This document shows, piece by piece, positions 25,697-38,987 of a DNA stretch of 64,000 nt. Numbering within the stretch: position 1 is the first letter of the stretch; each line of letters starts with the position of its first letter. The notes under the pieces were generated by a model. It saw only the letters and a program-made list of their open reading frames with translations, did not search any database and was not told where the DNA came from. Source of the stretch: Octopus sinensis (taxonomy: Eukaryota). The DNA is taken from the NCBI RefSeq assembly GCF_006345805.1, contig NC_042997.1, forward strand, positions 5,704,001 to 5,768,000, given 5' to 3'. The translations under genes were made by a program, and so were the position numbers.

Positions 25697-26060
25697 TCAG
25701 GGATGTCTGTGCTCTAAGATGCTTGCTTCCTAACAACATGGTTCTGGGTTTAGTTCCCTTGCGTGGCACCTTGTATTCTATTGCAGCCTCAGGCTGACGA
25801 AAGCTTTGCAATTTGTTTGACAGAAACTGAAAGAAGCCCGTCGTATACACACACATACACACGTATGTATGTGTGTCTTGACAACCAGTGTTGGTGTTTG
25901 CATCCCTGTAACTTGGCAGTTCAGCAAGAGAGGTCGATAGAATAAGTAACAAACTTAAAAGAAAAAAAATATATACTAGGATCGAATTATTCGAGTAAAT
26001 ATTCTTGAAGGCGGTATCCCGGTATGGCCAAGGCCACATGACTGAAATAAGTTAAAAGAT
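25697..26060 (+). mobile_element. Composite SINE, old diverged copy
   Basis: Head, GAAACTGAAAGAAGCCCGTCGTATA, short internal (CA)n, tail GGCGGTATCCC...ATGACTGAAATAAGTTAAAAGA. Confidence 0.75.
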
Positions 26061-26705
26061 AGAATGATGATGCTCGAGGGAAATAGATGAAAGTTTTTTT
26101 TTCCATTCGCATTCCTTCATATTTTCCTGCCATCCAATGCACCATTCATGTATCAAATACAAAATTATGCGCAGTAGGTAGCAGGATTTGCAATCTTTGT
26201 CTAATTTCAATATTTTAACTTCCGTCCAAGTAAATAAATTATGAGTTTTATAATACTGTGCATCCTAGGCACAACACTGACTACTCAGTCGTTACACAGA
26301 ATAATACATAGAGCAAATCAGCCTGACGAAGCCAGTTCCTGTGAATGCTCTATTCTCGAAGAACCAGTGGAATATCGGTCAAATTTTCAATAATCTTCCT
26401 GGACGCTGAGATATTACTTAATGTCTGAATCAATAAAGCACCAACTTAATTATTGACTCGATAGAACCCCGACTTAAGTACTGATTCCATAGATCGTCTG
26501 ACAGTATACCTTGCGGTAATTAGTAACGGACATTTACGTTCCGAATTCAATTCATGCCTGGATGGACTAAGCTATAAGATATTACAGCGACTATAAAATA
26601 AACACAATTCATATACTGGGTCGATTCAATTGCCATAATTATGTCTTGTATTAGTTCAAAGCGCTTTTTTTATTGTAGAAGAGGTAAAAGAGAAAAGAAG
26701 TAGAA

Positions 26706-26764
26706 GGGGAAGAAGAAGAAGAAGAAGAAGAAGAAGAAGAAGAAGAAGAAGAAGAAGAAGAAGA
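26706..26764. repeat. (GAA)n microsatellite
   Basis: Direct inspection. Confidence 0.95.
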
Positions 26765-26974
26765 GAGGGGAGGGGAATTTGTGTACTTGTGATAAGTATA
26801 TCAAAAATAGTAATAGTAAACCAAAACACACGAGAACTTGGACATAAGCACAAAAAGGCACTATACAATTATGATATAGCCTACATTCTATAGGGTTGAA
26901 AACAAAAACAAAACAACAAAAGCAAAATTACCAGCAACAACATTAATAATATTGAAGAAGATCTTGTTATCATG

Positions 26975-27096
26975 AAAGTGGTGAGCCTGATGAATTCTTA
27001 GCGGTATTCGTCCGGTTTTTATGTCCTAAGTTCGAGTTTTGCGGAAGCCAACTTTGCCTTTTATCCTTTCAGTGCTAGATGAAGAAAGTACCAGTC
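26975..27096 (+). mobile_element. Family-B SINE fragment
   Basis: CTTAGCGGTATTCGTC...GTTCGAGTTTTGCGG...CTTTGCCTTTTATCCTTTC...AAGTACCAGT. Confidence 0.65.
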
Positions 27097-27644
27097 AAGT
27101 ACTAAATATATCGATGAAATCGACTAGCTCCAACCGCAACACATTCCGCGCTTTGTGACTATAGAGTAAAGGATAATCATTATTAACAGTTATTTTCCGC
27201 AGATTCGTCGGATCATGAGAACACGGCAGCATTTTACGAAAAGATCTGCAGTTTACGCTGAAATGAATATGAAAACCGTACATGGAAGTAAATATACAAA
27301 AGATAAAAAGAACAAACGTTCTAGTAGAAGAGCTGTCCACTAACAACCGCGGTCATCCAGTTCTCTAAGATTACCCTATTTACTAAAGGCAAGTAGCATA
27401 CACAGACAGTACGTATATAAACTGCTGAATTACGAATCATATTTTTTATATGCCAAAGCTAGTTTTTCACTTAAGAAATTAATCGCAGTGTATAAGATTA
27501 GTCTCTGCTGTAGTTCCAAATGGGCAACGCCAGGTTAACTTACGTAGGTAGCTTGTATAACTACAGCCATTTCGAAAACTTAATATTCATATCCATTAGC
27601 ATGTATATATACACATATATATATATATATTACGGAGATGTACT

Positions 27645-28300
27645 TACATAGCGAGTGACTTGATCTGAGATCGTGTGCTGGAACGAAAACAGTTACAACG
27701 TGGATGGTGTTTATAAGCCATTTAAGAAACACACAAAACCGTTAGATTCACTTCAATATTTGATGTAGACAGATCGGCTGCTACACAATCTTTTGTGCCA
27801 TGCACAAAAAAGTATGTTGCTCGGCTGATGCCTTGCGCATAAATTCTACAGAGCCCACTTCTTTTTATATTTTTTCTTTGGAGACAATTGATATCTTTCC
27901 TCAGGGAAGTTGTTCTCCTGAAGATCCCTGTAAATTTTGCAGGGTCACGGGCGAGCGAGCTGGCAGTTTTTGCTGTCTTCTCCTTGCCAACATTTGACTT
28001 GCAGGTAAAATTTGTAGGTACTTCAGTGCCCTCCAAATTTCTTCTCTCCACTAGGGTTTTGGATTGCATTGGATCCTCCATGGAAATTTCCGATTTTTGT
28101 TTCGTGTGTTTGGTTTTCGGTTCTGTTTATTTCATTTTTGCCATTTCCTTATTCTCTCATTCATTCTTTATGCTTGTTCTCGTTTTCTGTCCTCCCTATT
28201 GTTGTGGGAATTTCACTCCTCTCGTTATCAATGGGTCGAGGGCTTCGGTCCTTTGTAGAACCACTGGCACAAAGGGGCTTCTGGTTGCAGTGTACTATAC
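27645..28300 (-). mobile_element. Probable Penelope-like remnant plus terminal-repeat-like sequence
   Basis: RNLEGTEVPTNFTCKSN resembles the LEGSEF...TNFTC.S.N stretch preceding the GIY motif (compare 53420-53590); remainder not aligned confidently. Confidence 0.4.
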
Positions 28301-28324
28301 ATTATATATATACTCAATTATGTG

Positions 28325-28434
28325 TTTCATTCATTTGACTGTGGCCATGCTGGAGCAATGCCTTTAATCGGGCAGTTCCACCCCAAAACTTATTCTTTGT
28401 AAGTCTAGTACTTGTTCTATTGTTCTCTTTTGCC

Positions 28435-28437
<3 letters not shown>
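28325..28437 (-). mobile_element. Composite SINE 3' fragment (left arm of the first palindrome)
   Basis: TCATTTGACTGTGGCCATGCTGGAGCA...CTTATTCTTTGTAAG...CTCTTTTGCCGAA. Confidence 0.8.
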
Positions 28438-28476
<39 letters not shown>

Positions 28477-28521
28477 GGCAAAAGAGAACAATAGAACAAG
28501 TACTAGACTTACAAAGATAAG
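28389..28521. repeat. Inverted repeat (49/48-bp arms) around (TA)n
   Basis: 28389-28437 is the reverse complement of 28474-28521 with one 1-nt indel. Confidence 0.95.
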
Positions 28522-28538
28522 TTTATATATATAAAGAA

Positions 28539-28774
28539 TATATTTTTGTGTCTGTTAGAGTGTGTGCATGTGCATCTGCATATATATATAAAATACACCA
28601 CACCCACATATATAATATATAACCTAGCATTCTGAAATTCTTTGAATAAAATGTCGTGATGGTGCACCGAAGGATAATACCAGGTTTACATTGTGATCTG
28701 TTGAAATACTAATGCATAACTACACACACAGAACACAGATATATATATTATATATATATATGTTCTCTTTTGCC

Positions 28775-28812
<38 letters not shown>

Positions 28813-28825
28813 GGCAAAAGAAAAC

Positions 28826-28884
<59 letters not shown>

Positions 28885-29086
28885 GTGTTCTGTGTGTGTG
28901 TAGTTATGCATTAGTATTTCAACAGATCACAATGTAAACCTGGTATTATCCTTCGGTGCACCATCACGACATTTTATTCAAAGAATTTCAGAATGCTAGG
29001 TTATATATTATATATGTGTGTGTGGTGTATTTTATATATATATATGCAGATGCACATGCACACACTCTAACAGACACAAAAATATA
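28539..29086. repeat. ~550-bp near-perfect palindrome centred on (TA)n at ~28794
   Basis: 28539-28777 versus 28810-29086 reverse-complementary apart from microsatellite length and 2-3 differences. Confidence 0.95.
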
Positions 29087-29204
29087 CGCATGTATGTGCA
29101 TAAAGGCATGCAAGTATTCATATATGCGTATAAGGTGCGATTTTATTATATTGATTCGTATTAATATTCTCACCTTTATAACGACACAGCTACATTGTTA
29201 TGTG

Positions 29205-29268
<64 letters not shown>

Positions 29269-29334
29269 CACTGTTGGACCTATAATTAATGAAACTGGCA
29301 AACTCCAAGATAATCTTTTCTACTATAGATCGAT

Positions 29335-29482
29335 CCCAGTACGCCATTGGTACTTAATTTATCGACCCCGAAAGGATGAAGGGCAAATTCAGCCTCGACG
29401 GATTTGAACTCAGAACGTAACGATAGACGAAATATCGCTAAGCTTTCGCCCGGCGTGCTAACGTTTCTGCCAGTTCGCCGCT
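29335..29482 (-). mobile_element. Family-B SINE
   Basis: TGGTACTTAATTTATCGACCCCGAAAGGATGAAGGGCAAA...TTTGAACTCAGAACGTAAC...GTGCTAACGTTTCTGCCAGTTCGCCGC. Confidence 0.85.
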
Positions 29483-29484
29483 TT

Positions 29485-29700
29485 AGTAATCTCCAAGCTA
29501 ATGCCAAAACCATGAGTGAAATACTGCAGAAACAGTACTGGTTTCTTTTTAGCAATCCTTATATGGCCGATCTGGACTGCAGTAGTGATGTTAATCTTCA
29601 ACGTACTATACCGGACATAATGTTTGGCGCACCTGATGTCTAAGAAGATACAAAGCTAATATATGAACTGGTTGATTTATCGCGACATGGCCACACCTGA
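29485..29700 (+). mobile_element. CR1-like ORF2 internal fragment
   Basis: KTMSEILQKQYWFLFSNP resembles the EMSEILNEQY.SVF.TP linker between EN and RT domains. Confidence 0.5.
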
Positions 29701-29784
29701 CAATCATCATATAAATGCATAACAATTGTGTCAATAAAGAATTTCGCTGGAATTATGAAACCTCAGAAGAAAATGCAAAGTGAA

Positions 29785-30050
29785 TATGAAGGTCGGCTGT
29801 AAAGTTTATAATCTGACTAAGATACTCTCATTGACTGTGATATAATGATTATTTTCAACATATTTCCCCCTTGCGGTTCAAACTATTACATCAGTGTTGC
29901 AGTGCTTGGATTCCATTGGTGAAGAAGCCTTCAAGAACAGATATGAAGTCAGCATCACTGCGAAATTGGTTCACAGTGAAGTGTTTTATCATGTGGTGGA
30001 ACCGGTGTTTGTCACATGGGGTCAAATCGGGAAAATTCAACCAGTTTATA
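29785..30050 (-). mobile_element. Mariner 3' end (TIR plus transposase C-terminus)
   Basis: Reverse-complement similarity to 20760-20998 (GATACTCTCAT, CAACAT...CCCCTTG, TGCTTGGATTCCATTGGT). Confidence 0.75.
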
Positions 30051-30339
30051 TATCAGTTTTGTATTCTCTTGGATGGGTAGTTTAAAATCTCTTTTGAGAG
30101 ATTACTTACAAATGTACATATACACACAAACCCATATATGTATACATATATAATAAGTAAAGGTAAGAAACAAGGATAAAGGTGTAGGAAGCCAGTAAGC
30201 TTCGAGCAGTCCGTAGAAGGCATATAACACAGGAACAATAGTGGTTTACTGATATAGAAGTCCGATAAACTTTAAAATGTTGTTTTGCAACTCACGTTAG
30301 TCACTGGGGTTGCTGAGTATGAGAATAAAAACGAAATTT

Positions 30340-30510
30340 AGGGAATGGAGAAAGTTAAGATCTAAGCTACATTCGAAACCTTCTGCACGACAACATGGTG
30401 ATCTTCGGCTTGATGAGTAACTAGCGGATAACCTCACGCAGAGGAATTACTACCTCCGAGGTTCTGCTAGTTAGGAAACATATATAGCTTGGATCTTCCC
30501 TAATCCATTC
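30340..30510 (+). ncRNA. Decayed type I hammerhead ribozyme with long branched stem II
   Basis: TGATGAG 30411-17; stem TAACTAGCGG/CTGCTAGTTA plus AACCTC/GAGGTT; GAAAC 30475-79; AGATCTAAGCTA pairs with TAGCTTGGATCT. Confidence 0.6.
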
Positions 30511-30548
30511 CCCAATTTTTTATTTGATTATATATATATATATTATAT

Positions 30549-30605
<57 letters not shown>

Positions 30606-31734
30606 ATGCATGTATGTATATATATTTTTTTGTGTGTGTGTGTGTGTTTCTGTTTGTGTTTCTGTGTGCGTCTCAGTGTTTTTCTGTATGTGTGTGTGGA
30701 TGCATTTATGTATTAATGCTTGTTTCTATGCCAGGTAACAATCATAAAATATTTACATTATACTCAAAGGTTAATACTGTTTGTAGAGTACGTGTTTATT
30801 ATATACATACAAGAAGAGAACTGGTAGCTTCAAAATTTTTCATAAAACATTTGAAGTTTTATTTATGTTTACAAATAATATTGCACACTATTAGCAATTT
30901 AACATCGTAATTATGTATGAAGGTAGTGGAGAGTTACTTGGAAGTCACTTTACAACATTACTTGTAAAAAATAACATATATGTATATATTTATATCTATG
31001 CTTATACCTATATCTGTGTGTGTGTGTGCGTGTGTTTGTGTATACATTTTCCGCTTCTTCACCATTAGTTCTAATTGTTTAACAAACATTAAAATACATT
31101 TAATGTAAGTTTTATAATAACTGTCATTACACTTTATGTACAAATTTAATACGAAATCGATGCAGTACTCTTATTTACAGTGGTGTACTGTATCACAAAA
31201 TCTCAGTTAAATGAGCCAGATCAAGGTTGCTGAGGATCGACATTTTAGTTAAGGATCAAAAGTCAGTGACTGAAAGAGGAGTAAATCATTGGATTCATAA
31301 TATATTTTCTGGCGCATTATCGGCCTGGTTAGATGTCAAAACTAATATTTAATAATTGCTTTTGCCAGATGAAACAGCTCGTATTCAAGAAGGTTCAGGT
31401 GTATATTGCAGTAGTAATTAACATTTTTCATTATTGCGTCACCAATGAATATTAACATGATAAATTGCTAATTGGGGTTTATAATGTTTGTTCGCGTTTA
31501 TAAAAGTCTAATATTTTAGGAAATATATGGTTGGAATTTCAATAAATCCTTCTACTGATTGCACTTTCGATATCAGAAGGATGAAAATCGAATGGGAATT
31601 GATGTTGTTTCCCATTCGATACAAAGTGTTCTGCAACTATATCATGAATTCTGTATAGTTAAAAGTTATTCGTAAACTTCCATAGCATCACAGGCTCAAT
31701 TACAAAGAATATCGATTCAAAATTCGGCACGTGG

Positions 31735-32070
31735 ACAGAAATTTCGGTAAAGGTCAGATCGCCCCCAATGCTCGACTGGTACTTATTCTATTAACCTTCG
31801 ACAGGATGAAATGCAAAATTTGTACCAAGGAAGTAAAGACAGACGAAATGCCTATTTCTTTACTACCCACAAGGGGCTTAACACAGAGAGGACAAAGAAG
31901 GACAGATAACGGATTAAGTCGATTATATCGACTCCAGTACGTAACTGGTACTTATTTAATCGACCCCGAAAGGATGAAAGGTAAAGCCGACCTCGGCGGA
32001 ATTTGAACTCAGAACGTAACCGCAGACGAAATACCGCTAATCAATTTATCCGGCGTGCTAAAGATTCAGT
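31735..32070 (-). mobile_element. Two family-B SINE copies (31735-31870, 31915-32070)
   Basis: CTGGTACTTATTTAATCGACCCCGAAAGGATGAAAGGTAAAGCCGACCTCGGCGGAATTTGAACTCAGAACG. Confidence 0.8.
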
Positions 32071-32090
32071 GCCTATATATAGACACAAAC

Positions 32091-32091
<1 letters not shown>

Positions 32092-32158
<67 letters not shown>

Positions 32159-32160
32159 AA
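32092..32160. repeat. (GA)n microsatellite
   Basis: Direct inspection. Confidence 0.95.
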
Positions 32161-32679
32161 GAAATACGGTGGATGTCATACCATTGTGTAACATGGAATG
32201 AGCTACCGCATATCACTCTCTGTTGGAGTCATTTGTACAGTCACTCGAGGTATTAAAACGAGCAACTAAACGGGCTATACGTTAAAGAGTAACGCCAAGA
32301 AAACAAACACGACTGATATAGGAAAAGAAAGGTGGAATTGTGTTGGGTGTAATGCCTTTATATATGGCCCTGCTCGATGAGGGATGCCATTATGCTACTG
32401 AATGCGGAAATAACCAAAACAAGGCAGTCCGTTACTGGAGGAACAGGAATCAAGAGAAACGTTGGTTACTGATTCAGGAGAAACCAAGATGTAGATACAG
32501 GCTAAACATATGGAGGAACTTCGGAATTCTACGCGTGATGTAAATATTAATCATTTTGTTGTCAAATCAAACGAACGCCAACAGTGTGTTTGAATTCGCG
32601 TCCAGAAAGCAACAACTTAAACCTACTTCCGTCAGAAATCTGAACTTCAAACTTTACCTATATATGTATGTCCATCTGT

Positions 32680-32700
32680 CTATCTATCTATCTATGTATG

Positions 32701-32735
<35 letters not shown>

Positions 32736-32785
32736 ATCTATCTATCTATCTATATATATATCTATATATCTATCTATCTATCTAT
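32680..32785. repeat. (TATC)n microsatellite (another at 42323-42430)
   Basis: Direct inspection. Confidence 0.95.
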
Positions 32786-34445
32786 TCGTCTCTGTCTACC
32801 TCTGTCTGTCACCCTTTATATATATGTAAATGTATTTATGTATATATGTAAACTATATTTGTTTGTGTGTGTGTCCGTATGTGTATGAATATGATGTGCA
32901 AGTATATATATATATAATATATATATATATTATATATATATATATGCATACTACTTTGTAATGAGAATATGTCGACTAAATTAAATAATCATAGATCAGT
33001 GCTTAACTATTCTCTTCAAATCCTCCCACAAATGCGAATTACAGCATGCATGTAAGTAAGCATGTGTTGGGATGAAATTGTGAAAGTGTATAAGAGCAAT
33101 GTTTCAGAATTTATCAAAATTACCCTTCAGTATTCGGCTCAACGATGGAACTATTTGACACCGTTCCAAGATGTACAATGTATTATCCTTATTTTCCATA
33201 ATAAGCCAACCGTTCGCAAATTGGTTACCAAAGATTCGACTGAACACTAATATATATTGCTTTATTCATTCGGATATAAGATTTAATTATTGCCTATTAT
33301 TATTTGTCGTAGTTGAAAGTTCGCAGTATATATTTACGGCGAGGACAATCAAAATGGTCTCACTGCCACATTCATCCCAGTTCTTACAATTCTGAATCTT
33401 TTCTTACTCTGTTTAAATGTACTTGTGTACGTTCGTATGTATGTAATGTATGTATGTATGTATGTATGTATGTATGTATGTATGTATGTATGTATGTATG
33501 TATGTATGTAGGCATTCATATGCAGAAACACAATCATCCATAAACGCATATATATATATATATATATATATAAAGAGAGAGAGAGAGAGAGATAGAGAGA
33601 TATTACACACACACACACACACACACATATATGTATATGTATGTTTAATTTTATGAAATATTTTGAATATATGCGCACACATTTAAGTTCGCACAAACAT
33701 ACACAACACACACGTGCGCGCGCAAACACACATGCACACACATATCCAGGCATCATTATTATTTGACCTTTCGATTTATTAGCTCATTTTGCAGGTAATG
33801 TTCATTGTTAAATAGTTTATATCATCTTTGCTAGAGACTTGTCGATTTAAATATGATCATAAGCGTCTATGAAGTGACATTTTATTGATAGGGCCGTGTG
33901 AGACGGTAGATTCAGTGGTCAGAAACTAGGAAGTCGCTTTCACAGTAGTTGTTATATACAAAATCGTGTTCAGTGATTAATGAAATAAAGTATTTCAGTA
34001 ATGTGTCCATTTGGCCAGAGAACACTAAATAATATTCACAGTTGTGTGATTAGTAAATTATAGTTCACATATATTCGATTGTTCCCTGACGTGCATTTAC
34101 GAAATGGAATCCTTATCTAACTCGATATTTTGTAATAGTTCGCTTTAGAGAATCGCATTTAATGGATATGTTCGTTTTGTTGTTGGTAAATACAGGGGCA
34201 GTAACTGTGTGTAGCAGTAAGAAAATTCTGACTCGTTAATATTTGGCTGGTAATTGGTTCATATTATTAAGGCAGAAGAATACTTACAGTTTAGAGCTCT
34301 GCCAATGCAAACGCAAATTGATACAGGGAGTATAAATTCTACGTAACTAAAATGAGTTTTCTACATTTACAGTTCCGTGAAAAGTAGAGTTCATTCTAGA
34401 AACAAGTTTAGAATCTGATTCCAAATTCATGATATAAATCATCCC

Positions 34446-34516
<71 letters not shown>

Positions 34517-35645
34517 TAATATATATATATATTGTTACTGTGTATCCCCAGTTAAGCTCCTATCCAAGAGATCTTCAATTAGAGGCGTTAGAATATAGTC
34601 CGTATATTCTGTTTTCATGATTCACTAAGACTCAACAATGAAAAGTATTTTTACTTTTCTAACCTGGTGGTATTCGATTGCAATTAGTTTTCCTTGCCAC
34701 TTTTAGAATGTCGTAAGACCCAGTAGACGCTTGGGGCTTCACCCATCTATCATTTATTGTTATCGATTGCTTGAAATAACGTCAAAATAGATATTTTCTG
34801 TGCATACAAGTTATGTAAAATGATAACGTACGTATGTGGGTAGGCTGGCTATACACGGCTGGAAGTTAAGCACTAAGCAACAACTTTGCCTTAGTAAAAA
34901 ATATAGTTGTTTCATTGGAGGAAAACATGTTATAAAGTGTTATACTACTTCCATATATATATATATAAGTAATATGTATGAACAATGTATATCGTGTCCA
35001 GTGTTAGCCGCAACGCTTATGCGACATGAAATGCCATGCGGTATTTGGTTATGATCGTGTACGTTCCAAGTTAATATAACTGCTGATGTCAACTATGTCC
35101 CTCCCACTTACAGAATCGATGAAGCATCTATTAAGTACTGGTACGTATCAACATTTCACGACTGGTTTCATGTAGTTAAGTATTGATAATACAGTACCGT
35201 AATAATTGATTATAGACCCGAAGCAAACTTGGGTCTATGTGCCTATGTTAAATTATACGGAAGTGTAGATTATGACTACCAAATATTCGACTTAGTTACT
35301 AAAGTGTATAAATATAATTTTAAACCACGTAAACGGTGTCATTTGAAATAAATACTTATCGCGAGCTGATTACTTCGTTTACGAAGTAATTAAGATTTCT
35401 AATTTCTTACAAAAGCGAGTCCAGTTTCAAAATATGATTAGTACATTTTTAGTAACAGGAAAAAAATATTGAATTGCATAAAAGAGGTTGTGTGCATATA
35501 ACATAAAATGTTCATTATTCCTTGTATCCCAAAAATTGACCCTGAGTTGAAACGTCAAAGAATAATTTATTTGGTCTAACAGAGAATCATGCACAGGACT
35601 TCTGGAGCCCAAGTTATCAAAACATTTGATTTTATACTTTGCCAT

Positions 35646-35848
35646 TCTCTTTTACTTGTTTCAGTCATTTGAGTGCGACCATAACATTAGTCCAACAAAT
35701 CGACTCCAGGGCTTATTCTTTGTAAGCCTAGTACTTATTCTATCGGTTTCTTTTGCCGAACCGCTAGGTTACGGGGACGTAAACACACTAGCATCGGTTG
35801 TCAAGCGATTGGGGGTGGGGGCAAACTCAGACACACAAACACACACAC

Positions 35849-35879
<31 letters not shown>

Positions 35880-36040
35880 CACATATACGACGGGCTTCTT
35901 CCAGTTCCCGTCTATCAAATCCACTCACAAGGCTTTAGTCGGCCCGAAAGACACTTGACCAAAGTGCCACGGAGTGGGACTGAACCCGGGACCGTGTGGT
36001 TGGTAAGCAAGCTACATACCACATAGCTACTCCTGCACCT
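35646..36040 (-). mobile_element. Full-length composite SINE
   Basis: Same head, internal (CA)n(TA)n and tail organisation as 5549-6041. Confidence 0.88.
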
Positions 36041-38987
36041 ATATCACTATTATTGCAAAAGGATACAGAATAATCATTTAGTTTGATCATAGTTAAGTAT
36101 TTGAAAGTTGATCTTTCAAAATCTGTTTTCATTTTATTCGAATTTGAAAATGTGTTGTGGAAATTTTCTTTAGCTCATTTTAGACTTATTAATATCCTTC
36201 ATTTATGAAATACTGAATATCATAATATTCAAATAATTAGTTGAGAACAATCTAATGTACCATAAAACATTTATGAACCTAATATGCACAAAACAATCTA
36301 TATTTTTTCTGCTAGTGCTTATATTTTCACCTATAGATTCTACTGCCCTCCAGTCCACTTATATTTTCCGCAACCATAGTACGTATATAAGATTAATACT
36401 TTTTTGTAAGACGTATAATACTCTCATGGAAATATAAATCGCTATAAACTCGCGCAAAGGATTCTTTTGAGAAACATTGAAATATACACCACTCGTAGTT
36501 GAAAGCAAAATGATCATTTACTAGATAGTGCATTCACACTCATTATCACGTTACACTTTTCAATTAAGTAGGATCCACACCAATCCTATCTCACGTACAT
36601 TCTCTCATCAATTTATCTGCCTTATTTCCGAAACTTAAAGCTAAATATTTCATGTTCACTTTAATTTCGAGAACTGAAAATCTACTATTTGCCGGAGGAA
36701 CATCATATAAATGTTCACAGTGGTCAGTAAATTGACATACTTAGAACTACTATTTCCTGTTGTGTCGAACAGTAACGTACGTGGTAGAAAGAATAACACA
36801 CTAATGAATACTATGGCATGATAACATGTTCTATATATTTTATTCCTGAGTCAAATAGAATATAAAGACATAATTATTTATTTACATATACTTAATGAGT
36901 TACAAGTAGCTATCTATTAGATTAATTGAGAAACATTTGGTCTTATTTTTTTTTATTTTCTGAAATTCATAAATATTTCAGTTCACAATATTATTTTTCA
37001 ACTTTGCTGCAGAAATATTTCATATGCTTAACCTAAAGAGTGAAATATTGTCATTGATTTTCATGCCAATGTCTAAGAGCCTCATAATTAATGTAAATTC
37101 CTTAACTGACAATGTCTGGAGATGTATCCATCAACACAAGTTTGTTTTGTCAAGCTGGAAAATGGCTCTTCCGGTATCATCTAATACACTTCTTCAGGTC
37201 TGCTCAGGATTTAAAAAAAATTAATCTTAGACACCAAACGTACATAATAATCTTTCTTCATGTGTTTGTTTAATTACACACTTCTGCATTTTCATATATC
37301 TCCAATTGGCCATAACAACGCACCACGACAAGAGGCTGTTAGTCTATTTACTCGTACACAACAATTCACGAACTATCAACTTGATAAGCCATCATGATAT
37401 ACTTTAATCAATATAAGGGAAACAACTTTTATATCTTTTAAAGTAATTAGATTGTTAATGGTCCAAAGGCGGCAACTAACGTTTTAAAGCTCTTGACTAT
37501 TTCTTCAAGACAAAATGCATATATAAACTCAAAACGTTTGTCCTGAAAACAACTCGTTGAGTTGGCAGATATTTAGTTGACAATTATGTATGTTGTTGAC
37601 TCCACATCTTCACTTACACTGGGCTAGGTATCTTCATTTATCTATAAAAAAAGGAGTCCAATGGCTTCAAATGCGGAGCAATATATAATTGCAGCCTCGT
37701 ATCCGAAGTAATATTCATTAATTTTCTTGGATTACATATACTTCTTTCAGTCAGACTCTGCTACTAAGATGAAATAACACTAATCTTCGTATATTTCATT
37801 TTATTCCCACGCTATTCTCTCGGTGTTTGGTTTTGGTCAATGTGTAGATTGATCACACAGTTTGTGGCATATCATACTGTAATTAGCTTCACCAAATAAC
37901 TTCGTAAATTCAAGTTATAACATGCCCGCATACAAATGATTATCCTGTTCTTTCAGCACCCAATCATAATTGAGAAGTTGTCTAATGAAGTAGGTCTTTC
38001 CTGGACAGAAGTTGTGCTGCGTGATTGTGAGCAAGCCATATTTAAATAGGAATGTGATCGACTATATTCTAAGAATGTTCTCCATAGCTTCGCCGACGTG
38101 TGAGGAAACAACGATGGGCCAGCAGATTTGAGATGGTATACTGTGTTTCCGATGGACTGGACACAGTATACCAACTTAAACAGTTTGAGAAGATTACTAC
38201 ATGCAAGGAAGCTCTGAAAGATATCTGCAGGGATTTTCGTCTGAGTATTTATTTATTGCATGATTTAAAAGAGTAACTAACGTCGATGGTCGATGTAATC
38301 GATGATTGCCTCTTTCTTAAATAGTGGTGCTGTGTTGGTGAATTCATCGAACCTATTGCTCTTTCTATCACACAGTCAAGAAGGAAAAACTATTTGGAAT
38401 CTTTTGTGTACGTATATTATCTGTAGATATTGAAAAATCTTCTATAAAATTGTTCACATCATGTAACGTTCTAATGTGAAGTCTTTTATCGATTTGTAGG
38501 TGGCACCAGTGTTCGTTTAACGTCTCTGGTGTTTCCTTGTCCCATCTCTTTTCAACTTCTAGGGAAATTATACTAAAATAAAGTCTACAATTATATATTA
38601 TCCACGAAAGAATTTCCGTGAGGAGAAGCGCAAACCTCTCAATATTATAATAACATTCCCCTATGTTTTCCAAGACGTTGCATTGCAAATTACAGGTTTA
38701 CAGAGTCAACATATACTGAAACAGGGGTCTAAATACTAGAAGACAACGGATATACAAGTATAATTATACACACGATCTAGAAGGTTATGGAGAAGCATCC
38801 CTTCCCCGCACTCATACGTAAACACACACAGTTCCTTGGAGATAGTGTGTTGTTTACACTGAGCTTGTATAGCGAAAATTACTTCTTCGAATCTATACCC
38901 TACAGCGAAGTGTCGTTTTCGAGGCTCAAGTGTGCAACAGCGTGGTAAGAATTAATGCAGACATATATATATATATATATAGAGAGA

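Noticed and set aside
20998-29785. Two mariner ends bracketing 8.8 kb as a composite transposon
   Set aside because: Both are right ends facing away from their own elements into the interval, the wrong geometry for cargo capture
35212-35238. 11-bp hairpin ATAGACCCGAAG-CAAA-CTTGGGTCTAT
   Set aside because: Isolated, no second copy or context; compatible with chance
37000-38230. Possible hAT transposase remnant (RWASRFEMV)
   Set aside because: Single short motif in a stop-riddled frame; not enough to call
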